A stretch of 32,000 bases of DNA from Candidatus Saccharimonadota bacterium (GTDB taxonomy: Bacteria > Pseudomonadota > Alphaproteobacteria > Rickettsiales > Anaplasmataceae). Positions 10,177-19,882 of the stretch are shown here, piece after piece. Location: positions 150,001 to 182,000 of the forward strand of contig NZ_CP092368.1 of the NCBI RefSeq assembly GCF_025021925.1, written 5' to 3'. A program made the translations under genes and the position numbers. The stretch's first letter is position 1. The number at the start of each line of letters is the position of its first letter. The notes under the pieces are model-generated. The model was not told the origin of the DNA. It made no database searches and saw only the letters and a list, made by a program, of their open reading frames with translations.

Positions 10177-12078
10177 TCAATTCACATGAATATTTTTTAA
10201 AAGTAACTGAAAAGCATGTTTAAAAGAACAAGATTCTTGTATCTGTGATCCTAAGTATCTTACTGATACAGTTCTATTACTTACTTCATTTTTACCTATT
10301 ATCCATAATATAGGAACCTTATTTGTACTATGCAAGCGTATCTTATAACTAATTTTTTCATTTTTGAGATCAGTCTTAATTCTAATGCCTTCTTTTTTAA
10401 GAATATTACTAATTTCAATAGCATAATCATTTGCCTCATGAGTAATAGTGAGAATTGCAAGTTGTATAGGCGCAAGCCAGACTGGTAATTTGCCTGAATA
10501 ATGTTCTATTAAAATCCCAATAAAACGCTCGAAAGTTCCCAGAATAGCTCTATGTAACATCACTACATGATGCCTTTGTCCATCTTGACCTGTATATAAA
10601 GCTCCTAAACGTTCTGGTAAAATAAAATCAACTTGTAATGTTCCACATTGCCACTGTCTTCCGATTGCATCTTTTAATATAAAATCTAATTTTGGACCAT
10701 AAAATGCACCTTCACCTGGATTCAATTCATAACTTAAATTCGCTATCTGAATTGCATGCAGTAATGCATGTTCAGCTCTATCCCATACTGTATTATTACC
10801 CGCTCTAATATTCGGACGATCTGAAAATTTTACAGAAATGTCATGAAATCCAAGTTCTGAATATACTTCTTTTAATAGAGTGCAAAATTTTATAGTCTCA
10901 GAATTAATTTGTTCTTCCATACAAAAAATATGCGCATCATCTTGAGTAAAACCACGTACTCTCATTAATCCATGTAAGGAACCTGCGCTTTCATCTCTAT
11001 GACACATACCAAATTCTGCCATTCGTATTGGCAAATCTCGATAACTTCTGATCTGAGTATTAAAAATTTGTACATGACATGGACAATTCATTGGTTTCAC
11101 TGCTAATTCCTTACTTGCAGACTCATGCACAATGAACATATTATCACGAAATTTATCCCAATGTCCAGACTTTTGCCATAGCTCTTTACTTACTAGTAGC
11201 GGAGTACGTACTTCGTAATACTCGTTCTCAATGAGTTTTTTTCTGATGTAAGATTCTAATGTATGATATAAGGTATATCCCTGTTCGTGCCAAAAGATTT
11301 GCCCAAGAGCTTCATCTTGAATATGAAATAAATCCATATCTTTACCAATTTTTCTGTGATCACGTTTTTCTGATTCACTTATCATTGTAAGATAAGTATT
11401 TAATTCATTGTGATTTCTCCATGTTGTACCGTATATTCTCTGTAACATGCGGTTTTTAGAGTTACCACGCCAATATGCACCTGATACTTTCATGAGTTTA
11501 AAATCTGTAATTCTTCCAGTGGAAGGAGAATGTGGACCTCGACACAGATCCACAAAATGCCCTTGTCTATAGATAGATATTTCCTCATCTTTTGGTATAG
11601 ATAATATAATCTCAACTTTATATTTTTCTCCTATATTACTAAAATAATTCATTGCTGTATTATAAGACCATACTTCTCTGACAAATTTATCATTACTTTT
11701 TATGATATTTCTCATTTCTTGTTCTATAATATTTAGATCTGTCATTGTAAATGTATGATCCGAATCAAAATCATAATAAAAGCCGTTCTGAATAGTTGGA
11801 CCTATTGCAACCAGAGTATTAGGAAAGAGATTTTTTACTGCATGGGCCATGATGTGCGCAGTATCATGTCTTATGATCTCTAGACCCTCTTTATCACTCA
11901 ATGAAATCACTTCTATTTTTGCATCTGATGCAATAGATCTTGATAGATCATATAATACATCATTGATTTTAATTGCAATTGCGTCTTTTGGAATATTTGG
12001 ATGTAACATATCAATTGCAGTCACTGTTTCTCTATGTTCTTCGATTTTTTGTTCTCTAGGTGCGATGATTTTAATCAT
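10177..12078 (-). CDS. thrS: Threonine--tRNA ligase
   Basis: 633 aa. TGS-like N-terminus, [12 protein letters not shown] editing-domain motif, class II core (..KPMNCPCH.., [37 protein letters not shown]) and an anticodon-binding C-terminus. Confidence 0.97.
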   Translation of the reverse strand: MIKIIAPREQKIEEHRETVTAIDMLHPNIPKDAIAIKINDVLYDLSRSIASDAKIEVISLSDKEGLEIIRHDTAHIMAHAVKNLFPNTLVAIGPTIQNGFYYDFDSDHTFTMTDLNIIEQEMRNIIKSNDKFVREVWSYNTAMNYFSNIGEKYKVEIILSIPKDEEISIYRQGHFVDLCRGPHSPSTGRITDFKLMKVSGAYWRGNSKNRMLQRIYGTTWRNHNELNTYLTMISESEKRDHRKIGKDMDLFHIQDEALGQIFWHEQGYTLYHTLESYIRKKLIENEYYEVRTPLLVSKELWQKSGHWDKFRDNMFIVHESASKELAVKPMNCPCHVQIFNTQIRSYRDLPIRMAEFGMCHRDESAGSLHGLMRVRGFTQDDAHIFCMEEQINSETIKFCTLLKEVYSELGFHDISVKFSDRPNIRAGNNTVWDRAEHALLHAIQIANLSYELNPGEGAFYGPKLDFILKDAIGRQWQCGTLQVDFILPERLGALYTGQDGQRHHVVMLHRAILGTFERFIGILIEHYSGKLPVWLAPIQLAILTITHEANDYAIEISNILKKEGIRIKTDLKNEKISYKIRLHSTNKVPILWIIGKNEVSNRTVSVRYLGSQIQESCSFKHAFQLLLKNIHVN

Positions 12079-12276
12079 ATTCTTATATCATAATATCTAT
12101 ACATTTAGGAGTATGAGTGTAATAAGTTTGACAAATCTTTTATATAAAGTATACAGAAAGCGCTGAGTAAATATCATTTATCTTTTAATATAATAAAGCG
12201 AATAATTACATGATCATTTTTATGTAATAATATGAAATATTTAGACAGTCAAACCTGATCAAGTATGATATAAGAT

Positions 12277-12756
12277 CTAGAAGTACTGACTATTCTTTTT
12301 TAATCTCAGCGCAATCGCGTCTTCCCAAAGATCACCATTAAGTAATAATTTTTTTTTATCATATATCAATTCTTTGCGTGTTTCTTTAGCAAATTCAAAG
12401 TTTGGTCCTTCAACTATAGCATCTACTGGACATGCTTCTTGACAAAATCCACAGTATATGCATTTTGCCATATCAATATCATAACGTGTAGTCCTGCGAC
12501 TACCATCTTCTCTTTCTTCTGCTTCAATGACTATTGCTTGTGCGGGACAAATTACTTCACATAATTTACATGCAATGCATCTTTCTTCACCATTTTCATA
12601 TCTTCTTAAAGCATGTTCACCACGAAATCTTGAACTTAATGTACCTTTTTCCATAGGATATTTTAAGGTGACTTTAGATTTGAAGAAATATTTTAGAGTC
12701 ACAAAAAAACCCTTAATCAAATCTCCAAAATATGAATGCAGAGATAATTTTTGCAT
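12277..12756 (-). CDS. nuoI: NADH-quinone oxidoreductase subunit I
   Basis: 159 aa. Two 4Fe-4S ferredoxin motifs, [12 protein letters not shown] and [12 protein letters not shown], and the typical [12 protein letters not shown]-terminal block. No other nuo gene in the window. Confidence 0.95.
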   Translation of the reverse strand: MQKLSLHSYFGDLIKGFFVTLKYFFKSKVTLKYPMEKGTLSSRFRGEHALRRYENGEERCIACKLCEVICPAQAIVIEAEEREDGSRRTTRYDIDMAKCIYCGFCQEACPVDAIVEGPNFEFAKETRKELIYDKKKLLLNGDLWEDAIALRLKKNSQYF

Positions 12757-12863
12757 CTAATGTTTCACAAAATATACATGATTGTCAGTAGAATTCCCAA
12801 ATTGTGACATAGTTGTTTTTTATAATTGATACTAGATATTATATAGTATATCTGACTAATCAA

Positions 12864-13643
12864 TTAATCAACAGCTTTCATACCTATAATATTATATCCA
12901 GCATCAACATGTAATATTTCTCCAGTAGTACCACTACTCAATTCACTTAATAAATATAATGCTGCTTTACCTACATCTTCTATTGTAATGTTTCGTCTGA
13001 GCGGAGAATGATTTTTATTCCATTCTGAGATACAACGAAAATCTCTAATACCAGAAGATGCTACAGTTTTTATTGGTCCCGCAGAAATCGCATTGACTCT
13101 AATCCCTTGTGGACCTAGATCATGTGCAATGTATTTTACACTTGCTTCAAGTGCTGCCTTGCATACTCCCATGACATTATAATTCGGTATCACTTTTTCA
13201 GCACCATAATAAGATAAAGTAAGTATACTACCACCATTTTTCATAATTTTTATCGATTTGTTTGATAATGCAGTAAAAGAATAACATGAAATATGCATTG
13301 CATTAAGAAAGTTATTTAAAGATGTAGTAACATATTGACCAGTTAATTCATGTTTATCAGAAAATGCTATTGCATGTACTAAAAAATCAAACATTTCCCA
13401 TTTTTGCTCTATTGTATCAAACACATGATTTATCGTAACATCATTTAACACATCACAATTTAATATTAATGTCACATTTAATGCTTCTATAATATGTGAC
13501 AATTTTTCTTTTATCATTTCATTTTGATATGTGATAGCAAGTTCTGCACCATGTTCTGAGAGTGTTTTTGCAATACCATATGCTATTGATCTCTTATTTG
13601 TGATTCCCGTAATTAAACCTTTTTTACCTTGTAATAACTTCAT
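12864..13643 (-). CDS. fabI: Enoyl-[acyl-carrier-protein] reductase (NADH) FabI
   Basis: MKLLQGKKGLITGITNKRSIAYGIA.., ..YNVMGVCKAALEASVKY.. (Tyr/Lys catalytic pair), ISAGPIKT. I place the start at ATG 13643, which has AGGTGA 7 nt upstream, rather than the ORF-track TTG at 13691. Confidence 0.9.
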   Translation of the reverse strand: MKLLQGKKGLITGITNKRSIAYGIAKTLSEHGAELAITYQNEMIKEKLSHIIEALNVTLILNCDVLNDVTINHVFDTIEQKWEMFDFLVHAIAFSDKHELTGQYVTTSLNNFLNAMHISCYSFTALSNKSIKIMKNGGSILTLSYYGAEKVIPNYNVMGVCKAALEASVKYIAHDLGPQGIRVNAISAGPIKTVASSGIRDFRCISEWNKNHSPLRRNITIEDVGKAALYLLSELSSGTTGEILHVDAGYNIIGMKAVD

Positions 13644-13654
13644 AATTATATCAC

Positions 13655-13686
13655 CTATTGCACTTATAATGTGAAATATGCAATAG
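13655..13686 (-). promoter_or_regulatory. Inverted repeat in the fabI leader abutting the Shine-Dalgarno
   Basis: CTATTGCA-16 nt-TGCAATAG, an 8-bp perfect inverted repeat. On the mRNA the 3' arm ends in the AG of the AGGTGA SD. An 8-bp IR is not strongly beyond chance in 32 kb of this composition. Confidence 0.25.
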
Positions 13687-14101
13687 ATCAAGTCAAGATA
13701 TTCATAAGAATTTTAATGTATCGTTTCAAAGTACAATCTTTGACAATATATCTTTTAAGCACGATGAAATATCTGTAGTAGATCTATTAAACAGAATAAT
13801 ATCTCGAGATGAGATAGTAAAAACAAATATCTGAATTTTACAAATACTCTTACAAGTGAATTATTTGCATGGAAAATAGCATGCAGTGTTTATTGCATGC
13901 ACTTGTATATTTTGTAACAAGAAGTATGACCAAAGTCACATCATGATAATGAATATTAAGGATCAGTTTTTTTGAATATCCTCATACAAGATAGTCTACC
14001 AATATATAAAAATAGTATTTATTATATTTTTATATTCTCAAGCATTACAGAAAAATGATCTTTACTATATATCTATAATATATAACATAGAAATCATATG
14101 T

Positions 14102-17100
14102 TCACTTATGTATCTGTATATTATGAATCTCATGCAATGAGTGTACTTGCAATGCATTATTTTTTATATATTGAATTGCTAATACTAATGCTTTACTTCC
14201 AGATGCAGTAGTACTATAAGATATATTTTTGAGAATAGCAATTCTTCGAATTTCCTTACTATCTGATACTGCTTTGACTCCTTTTGAGGTATTGATGACC
14301 AGATCAATTTGTCCATCTTTCATCATATCTACGATATGAGGCCTCCCTTCTCGTACTTTATTCACAACTTTTACATGAATGCTATGAGAATTTAGATATG
14401 AAGCTGTACCTTGAGTTGCATATATTTCAAAGCTTAGCTCTTGCAATATACGTGCAATCTGTACTATATATGCTTTATCACTATCCTTGACTGAAAGTAA
14501 CGCTCTTCCTGATATTGGTAGCTTATATCCTGCAGCCATATGTGTTTTTGCTAATGCTGCTTCAAATGAAAAATCAATTCCCATAACTTCACCGGTTGAC
14601 TTCATTTCAGGACCAAGTAAGATATCAATTCCAGAGAAGCGATTGAATGGAAAAACAGCAGCTTTAAATGCAAAATAATCTAGAGATATTTTTTTTTGAT
14701 TTAATTTTTTGCCTAAAATAACCTGAGTAGCAAGTTTTGCAAGAGGTATATTGAGCACCTTCGAGATAAAAGGTACTGTACGACTAGCTCTTAAATTGAC
14801 TTCAAGTATATATATCTCATTCTCTTGAATAGCAAACTGAATATTAATTAACCCTTTTACTGCTAATGCAATGGAAATTCTTTTAGAAAGTAATTCTATT
14901 TCTTGTATCAAGCTCCTGCTTAATGTATTTGTTGGTATTGAACATGTTGAATCGCCAGAATGAATACCTGCTTCTTCAATATGTTCCATTACTGCTGCAA
15001 TAAATACCTCTTCTCCATCACATATGGCATCTACATCAACTTCTACTGCGTTAATTAAAAATTTATCAAGAAGTAGTGCACCAGATTCAAAAATGTACGT
15101 GTGAGTTGAAGCATATTCTTTAAAACTTTGAATGTCATGTACTATTGACATAGCTTGTCCTCCTAGGACATAAGAGGGTCTGACTATTAGAGGAAAGGTT
15201 ACTCTTTCTGCATTTAATAATGCTTCTTCTATAGAATGACATATAGCATTATCTGGTTGCTTTAAGTTCAGCTGTAAAGCAAGATTTTTAAATCTCATAC
15301 GATTTTCTGCAAGATCTATAGAATTAAACGATGTCCCGAGAATATTAAAACCTTTTTCATATAGTATTTTTGCTAATTTTAAAGGTGTTTGACCACCTAT
15401 TTGTACTATAATGCCCACTAAAATTCCATGTTCTTGTTCTTTGTATAAGATCTCTAATACATCTTCTTCAATGAGAGGAGCAAAATATAAGCGATCAGAA
15501 ATATCATAATCAGTCGATACAGTCTCTGGATTACAATTGATCATAATAGTTTCATACCCCATTTCTTTGGCAGCACATACTGCATGTACGCATGCATAAT
15601 CAAACTCAATACCTTGGCCAATTCTATTGGGTCCACTACCTAAAATAACAATTTTCTTTCTAAACGATACATTTGCTTCACATTCTGTCTTATATATTGT
15701 ATCGCCTTCATAACATCCATACATATAATTAGTACTTGATTCAAATTCAGCTGCACAGGTATCTATGTGTTTATAAACCTGTTGAATACCAAATTTTTTT
15801 CTCATTGCTTCAATATATTGAGCAGTATTCCCACTTAACTTTGCAAGTCTAGTATCTGAAAATCCCATCTTTTTTAACTTAAGTATTTCATATGCATGTT
15901 CTGGAAAGCCCATATCCTTAATTTTTTGTTCTTCTAATATAATGAGATATATATTTTTTAAGAACCATAGATCATAACCTGTAATAGCATTTATTTCTTC
16001 TATACTGATACCATGTCGCATTGCATCAGCGGCAATAAGTAATCTATTTGGCAGTAATTTTGATAATTGTAATCTAATATACTCAATATCTTCATCTTCA
16101 GAAAAGACCTCATCAAGTCCTGATAAACCTATTTCAAGCGAGCGAAATGCTTTCTGAAGAGATTCATTAAAAGTCCGTCCTATAGACATAATCTCTCCAA
16201 TTGATTTCATAGAAGTAGAAAGCTCACAATTTGTCCCTTGAAATTTTTCAAATTCAAAACGAGGCATTTTAGTGACTATATAATCTATCACTGATTCAAA
16301 TGCAGCAGGTATCACTAGTGCACAATCATTACTAATTTCATCTAAGGAATATCCTATTGCAAGTTTAGTAACGACTTTTGCAATAGGATAACCTGTAGCT
16401 TTTGAAGCGAGCGCAGATGATCTAGAGACTCTAGGATTCATTTCAATGACAACTAATTGATTATCTCTTTTAGGATTCACTGCAAACTGTACATTCGCAC
16501 CACCACCATTAATATCTATTTCTCTCAGAATAGATATAGATGCATTTCTCATTTGTTGATATTCTGTATCACGAAGAGTAAGCGCAGGCGCAACTGTCAT
16601 ACTATCTCCAGTATGTACTCCTACTGAATCTATATTTTCTATTGAACACACCACTATACAATTATCTTTACAATCTCGTAATACTTCCATTTCATATTCT
16701 TTCCATCCCATAATAGATTCATCAATTTGAATTTCATGTATTGGAGAAATAGTTAAAGCGTGATCCGCAATATTAAAAAACTCTTCTTTGTTATATGCTA
16801 TGCCACTACCTTCACCTCCTAGTGTAAAAGAAGATCGGATAATCGCTGGCAATCCAATGAAATCTAACGCATCTTCTATTTGAGCGTGATTTTTTACAAT
16901 CATACTTTTGGGATATTTGAGATGGATATTATCTAAAGATTGACGAAACAACTCTCTATCTTCCGCTTTTCTAATTGCTTCTCTATTAATGCCAATGAGC
17001 TCAACATTAAATGCGTCAAGAAGACCAGTATCGGCAAGATTAATTGCACAATTCAGTGCTGTTTGTCCTCCCATTATTGGGAGAATGGCATTTGGTCTTT

Positions 17101-17341
17101 CTTTTATAATAATTTTTGCTATTATTTCAGGAATTATTGGTTCAATATATGTTGCATCAGACAGTTCAGGGTCAGTCATAATTGTTGCAGGATTAGAATT
17201 CACTAAAATGACTTTGTAGCCTTCACTTTTTAATATTTTACAGCTTTGTGTGCCTGAATAATCAAATTCACATGCTTGTCCTATTACTATAGGACCTGCT
17301 CCTATAACTAATATAGATTCTATATCTACGCGTTTTGGCAT
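14102..17341 (-). CDS. carB: Carbamoyl-phosphate synthase large subunit
   Basis: 1079 aa. Duplicated ATP-grasp halves (ILVIGAGPIVIGQACEFDYSG.. and IVILGSGPNRIGQGIEFDY..), EMNPRVSRSSALASKATGYPIA, and an MGS-like C-terminal domain. carA is not adjacent. Confidence 0.97.
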   Translation of the reverse strand: MPKRVDIESILVIGAGPIVIGQACEFDYSGTQSCKILKSEGYKVILVNSNPATIMTDPELSDATYIEPIIPEIIAKIIIKERPNAILPIMGGQTALNCAINLADTGLLDAFNVELIGINREAIRKAEDRELFRQSLDNIHLKYPKSMIVKNHAQIEDALDFIGLPAIIRSSFTLGGEGSGIAYNKEEFFNIADHALTISPIHEIQIDESIMGWKEYEMEVLRDCKDNCIVVCSIENIDSVGVHTGDSMTVAPALTLRDTEYQQMRNASISILREIDINGGGANVQFAVNPKRDNQLVVIEMNPRVSRSSALASKATGYPIAKVVTKLAIGYSLDEISNDCALVIPAAFESVIDYIVTKMPRFEFEKFQGTNCELSTSMKSIGEIMSIGRTFNESLQKAFRSLEIGLSGLDEVFSEDEDIEYIRLQLSKLLPNRLLIAADAMRHGISIEEINAITGYDLWFLKNIYLIILEEQKIKDMGFPEHAYEILKLKKMGFSDTRLAKLSGNTAQYIEAMRKKFGIQQVYKHIDTCAAEFESSTNYMYGCYEGDTIYKTECEANVSFRKKIVILGSGPNRIGQGIEFDYACVHAVCAAKEMGYETIMINCNPETVSTDYDISDRLYFAPLIEEDVLEILYKEQEHGILVGIIVQIGGQTPLKLAKILYEKGFNILGTSFNSIDLAENRMRFKNLALQLNLKQPDNAICHSIEEALLNAERVTFPLIVRPSYVLGGQAMSIVHDIQSFKEYASTHTYIFESGALLLDKFLINAVEVDVDAICDGEEVFIAAVMEHIEEAGIHSGDSTCSIPTNTLSRSLIQEIELLSKRISIALAVKGLINIQFAIQENEIYILEVNLRASRTVPFISKVLNIPLAKLATQVILGKKLNQKKISLDYFAFKAAVFPFNRFSGIDILLGPEMKSTGEVMGIDFSFEAALAKTHMAAGYKLPISGRALLSVKDSDKAYIVQIARILQELSFEIYATQGTASYLNSHSIHVKVVNKVREGRPHIVDMMKDGQIDLVINTSKGVKAVSDSKEIRRIAILKNISYSTTASGSKALVLAIQYIKNNALQVHSLHEIHNIQIHK

Positions 17342-17510
17342 AATGATGTATTATGAATTTTATAATATTATCAATCTTTTTTATTGATGTGAATGTTTAT
17401 TCACTATGTAGTATATCTTCTATGTAGAATTTATTTCTATTAATAAAAGAATATTAACATAAAAATATTGAAGATTATGCATATCAGTCTTATTGCATTG
17501 CTATGATTAC

Positions 17511-18260
17511 TTATCCAATAGATTTGCTCAGAGGGAATATATTGCCTGAAACAATACAATCTTCAGATGCTAACTCTACAAATTTATCTGTCAGTATCTC
17601 TGGAGAAATTAATTCAGAGACATCCTTCCCTGGAAATGCTTGCTGATATATTCCGGAATCTACAGGTCCTAATGGATATACAGCATTTATACATAATTTT
17701 GTATGTTTTGTTTCAGATGCGTAGATTTTGACCATGATCTCAAGAGCAGCTTTACTAGCTGCATAAGGCATCCAATATGGATAATAAGCAGGAGAAAATG
17801 TCACTTCTGAAGTGATAAAAATGACTCTTCCAGCATTAGATCTTTTTAACATAAAGTCTAAATTTTTTAGTAGATACCAATTTGCAGTAAAGTTTATATT
17901 CATGATATTTTGTAATTCTTCAAGTGTACATTCATGAATAGGATATGATTTACCTAAAATACCAGTACAGGATACTAGTATATCTAATACTCCAGTTTCT
18001 GATAGCTTAAGACTTTCTATCATATGTGTTAATATTATCACATTTTCGAAATCTAAAAGATCAAGTTGAATAATTTTGACATAGCCTTCTCGAAATTCTC
18101 TTAATTCTTGAATAGTATTATATAAAGGTTTTAGATTGTCTACAGATCTTGACATCAAGATTACATAGGCACCTTCTTTTATAAATCTTTTTGCAACTGC
18201 AGTACCTATCTTACCAGATGCTCCATTAATCAGCGCTATTTTTCCTTCCAATTTACCCAT
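17511..18260 (-). CDS. Short-chain dehydrogenase/reductase family oxidoreductase
   Basis: 249 aa. Rossmann motif GKIALINGASGKIGTAVA, catalytic YAASKAALE. The substrate cannot be inferred. Confidence 0.8.
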   Translation of the reverse strand: MGKLEGKIALINGASGKIGTAVAKRFIKEGAYVILMSRSVDNLKPLYNTIQELREFREGYVKIIQLDLLDFENVIILTHMIESLKLSETGVLDILVSCTGILGKSYPIHECTLEELQNIMNINFTANWYLLKNLDFMLKRSNAGRVIFITSEVTFSPAYYPYWMPYAASKAALEIMVKIYASETKHTKLCINAVYPLGPVDSGIYQQAFPGKDVSELISPEILTDKFVELASEDCIVSGNIFPLSKSIG

Positions 18261-18576
18261 AATTCTTAATCCTGATAGGAGCTCATTACGATATTTTATC
18301 TCAAAACAAGCATCTCTTCTACAAAATAAACTAATGATATATATTGAAAAATAACGGAGATATCAATTGAAGTCATATCTCAGTGTTTATTACTCATAAC
18401 ATTCAAGATTATCTCACAGATGTATATTTATAGTGTATTACGAAATATATGAGCACTTTAATTATAAAAAGCAAATGAGAATTTTAATATGCATTGTTCA
18501 TTATTTAATATAAATAATAAAAAAATCTGAGTTATTGTTTAGCGGTAGTATGATAGCATATAAATTATACAGTCAG

Positions 18577-18604
18577 TTGACTCATAGGTGATATATTGTA
18601 TTAT
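18577..18604 (+). promoter_or_regulatory. Candidate sigma70-type promoter for ispE (TTGACT-16 nt-TATTAT)
   Basis: -35 TTGACT at 18577-18582, a 16-nt spacer and -10 TATTAT at 18599-18604, 26 nt upstream of the ispE ATG. The -35 sits inside a small palindrome, AGTCA-GT-TGACT. Confidence 0.35.
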
Positions 18605-18630
18605 AGAATACATTTAATATACATTCATTA

Positions 18631-19500
18631 ATGACAAGGTTTTGTATCAAAGCACCTGCTAAAATTAATCTTTTTTTACATTTGGTAGATAAACAAAAAA
18701 CTGGATATCACATTATTGAAAGTATAATGTGTTTCACGACTCTTGCAAATATTGTAGAAATTCAAGTGAGTGATAAGCATTATATGCATAATCCTTCTGT
18801 GACAGTGGAATTTTTCCATTGTGAATCTAGTATTGATCATTTAGATAATACAGTGATAAAAGCAGTGCAACTAATGCTGAAATACGCTCCTGCGCATACT
18901 CAAGTATCTGTAAAAATTGTAAAAAATATACCAACTGCCTCAGGTTTAGGTAGTGGTTCCGCAGATGCTGGCGCAGTGATACGGACTCTTGGAAGATTAT
19001 GGAAGATTAAAAGGCAGATTTTGCATAATATCGCTTTAAAGATTGGATCTGATGTTCCATCAAGTATATATAGTCAGTCAGTATTTGTACAAGGAATAGG
19101 AGAACAACTTTTGAGATTAAAAAACTTTTTTCTTCCTATTTATGTGATACTAGTCAAACCTAAAAATAAATTTTTAAAGACATCTGAAGTATTTTATAAA
19201 TATACAGAACCATTTTCTAAGCCCATTACATGGAATATTTATAGTCAAAAAGTATTATATAATATTCTTCAAAGCACAAAAAATGATCTACAAGATATCG
19301 CAATCTCTCTTGTACCAGAGATTAAGCACATAATTACAGAACTCAATTCACAACAAGGTTCCATATTTGCTCGTATGTCTGGAAGTGGTGTAGGATGCTT
19401 TGGGATCTTTGATAATGAAAAAAATGCACAATATGCTGCAACAAATATGACATTATTACATCCAGATTGGTGGATATGCAGTACACAATTAATAGTTTAA
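18631..19500 (+). CDS. ispE: 4-diphosphocytidyl-2-C-methyl-D-erythritol kinase
   Basis: KAPAKINLFLHL..K...GYH, GHMP-kinase motif PTASGLGSGSADAGAV, SGSGVGCFGIF. Confidence 0.9.
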   Translation: MTRFCIKAPAKINLFLHLVDKQKTGYHIIESIMCFTTLANIVEIQVSDKHYMHNPSVTVEFFHCESSIDHLDNTVIKAVQLMLKYAPAHTQVSVKIVKNIPTASGLGSGSADAGAVIRTLGRLWKIKRQILHNIALKIGSDVPSSIYSQSVFVQGIGEQLLRLKNFFLPIYVILVKPKNKFLKTSEVFYKYTEPFSKPITWNIYSQKVLYNILQSTKNDLQDIAISLVPEIKHIITELNSQQGSIFARMSGSGVGCFGIFDNEKNAQYAATNMTLLHPDWWICSTQLIV

Positions 19501-19504
19501 ATAT

Positions 19505-19882
19505 ATGGATTTAATGTCTTTAATGTTAAAAAACACAAATCTTATAAATAGATATACACAAGGAAAATTTATTGTAAATAATAAAGAATATTCTGAAGAA
19601 ATTTTAATTCTTTATGACAGAGTCATCGAATTGCGTAAATGTAATATTACAATACAACACTATCTCGAATCAATTGCACTATTAGAAATAGATATTTTAT
19701 TAATAGGTTCTAGTATAAATCGTGATATACTCAAGACTCCAATTGGATTATACCTTATGGAACATAATAATATTATTCATTTTGAAGTTATGACAATAGG
19801 TTCAGCATGTAGAACTCACAATATTCTTATATCTGAAAGCAGATCTGTTGTAACTTATTTATCAGATATAAATCATGCTTGA
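19505..19882 (+). CDS. Mth938/DUF498-domain protein (NDUFAF3-like)
   Basis: 125 aa. ..I.RYTQGKFIVNNKEY...ILI.. then ..IDILLIGSS.. and MTIGSACRTHNILISESRSVVTYL, matching the recalled family C-terminal block (M.T.AAcRTyNvL..E.R.Vaa.l). The start is 4 nt after the ispE stop, and the 3' end overlaps the next gene by 8 nt. Confidence 0.6.
   Translation: MDLMSLMLKNTNLINRYTQGKFIVNNKEYSEEILILYDRVIELRKCNITIQHYLESIALLEIDILLIGSSINRDILKTPIGLYLMEHNNIIHFEVMTIGSACRTHNILISESRSVVTYLSDINHA

Noticed and set aside
11849-12760. Plus-strand ORFs 11849-12166 and 12527-12760.
   Set aside because: They are antisense shadows of thrS and nuoI respectively.
14487-17219. Plus-strand ORFs 14487-14678, 16940-17206 and 16989-17219.
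   Set aside because: They are antisense shadows within carB.
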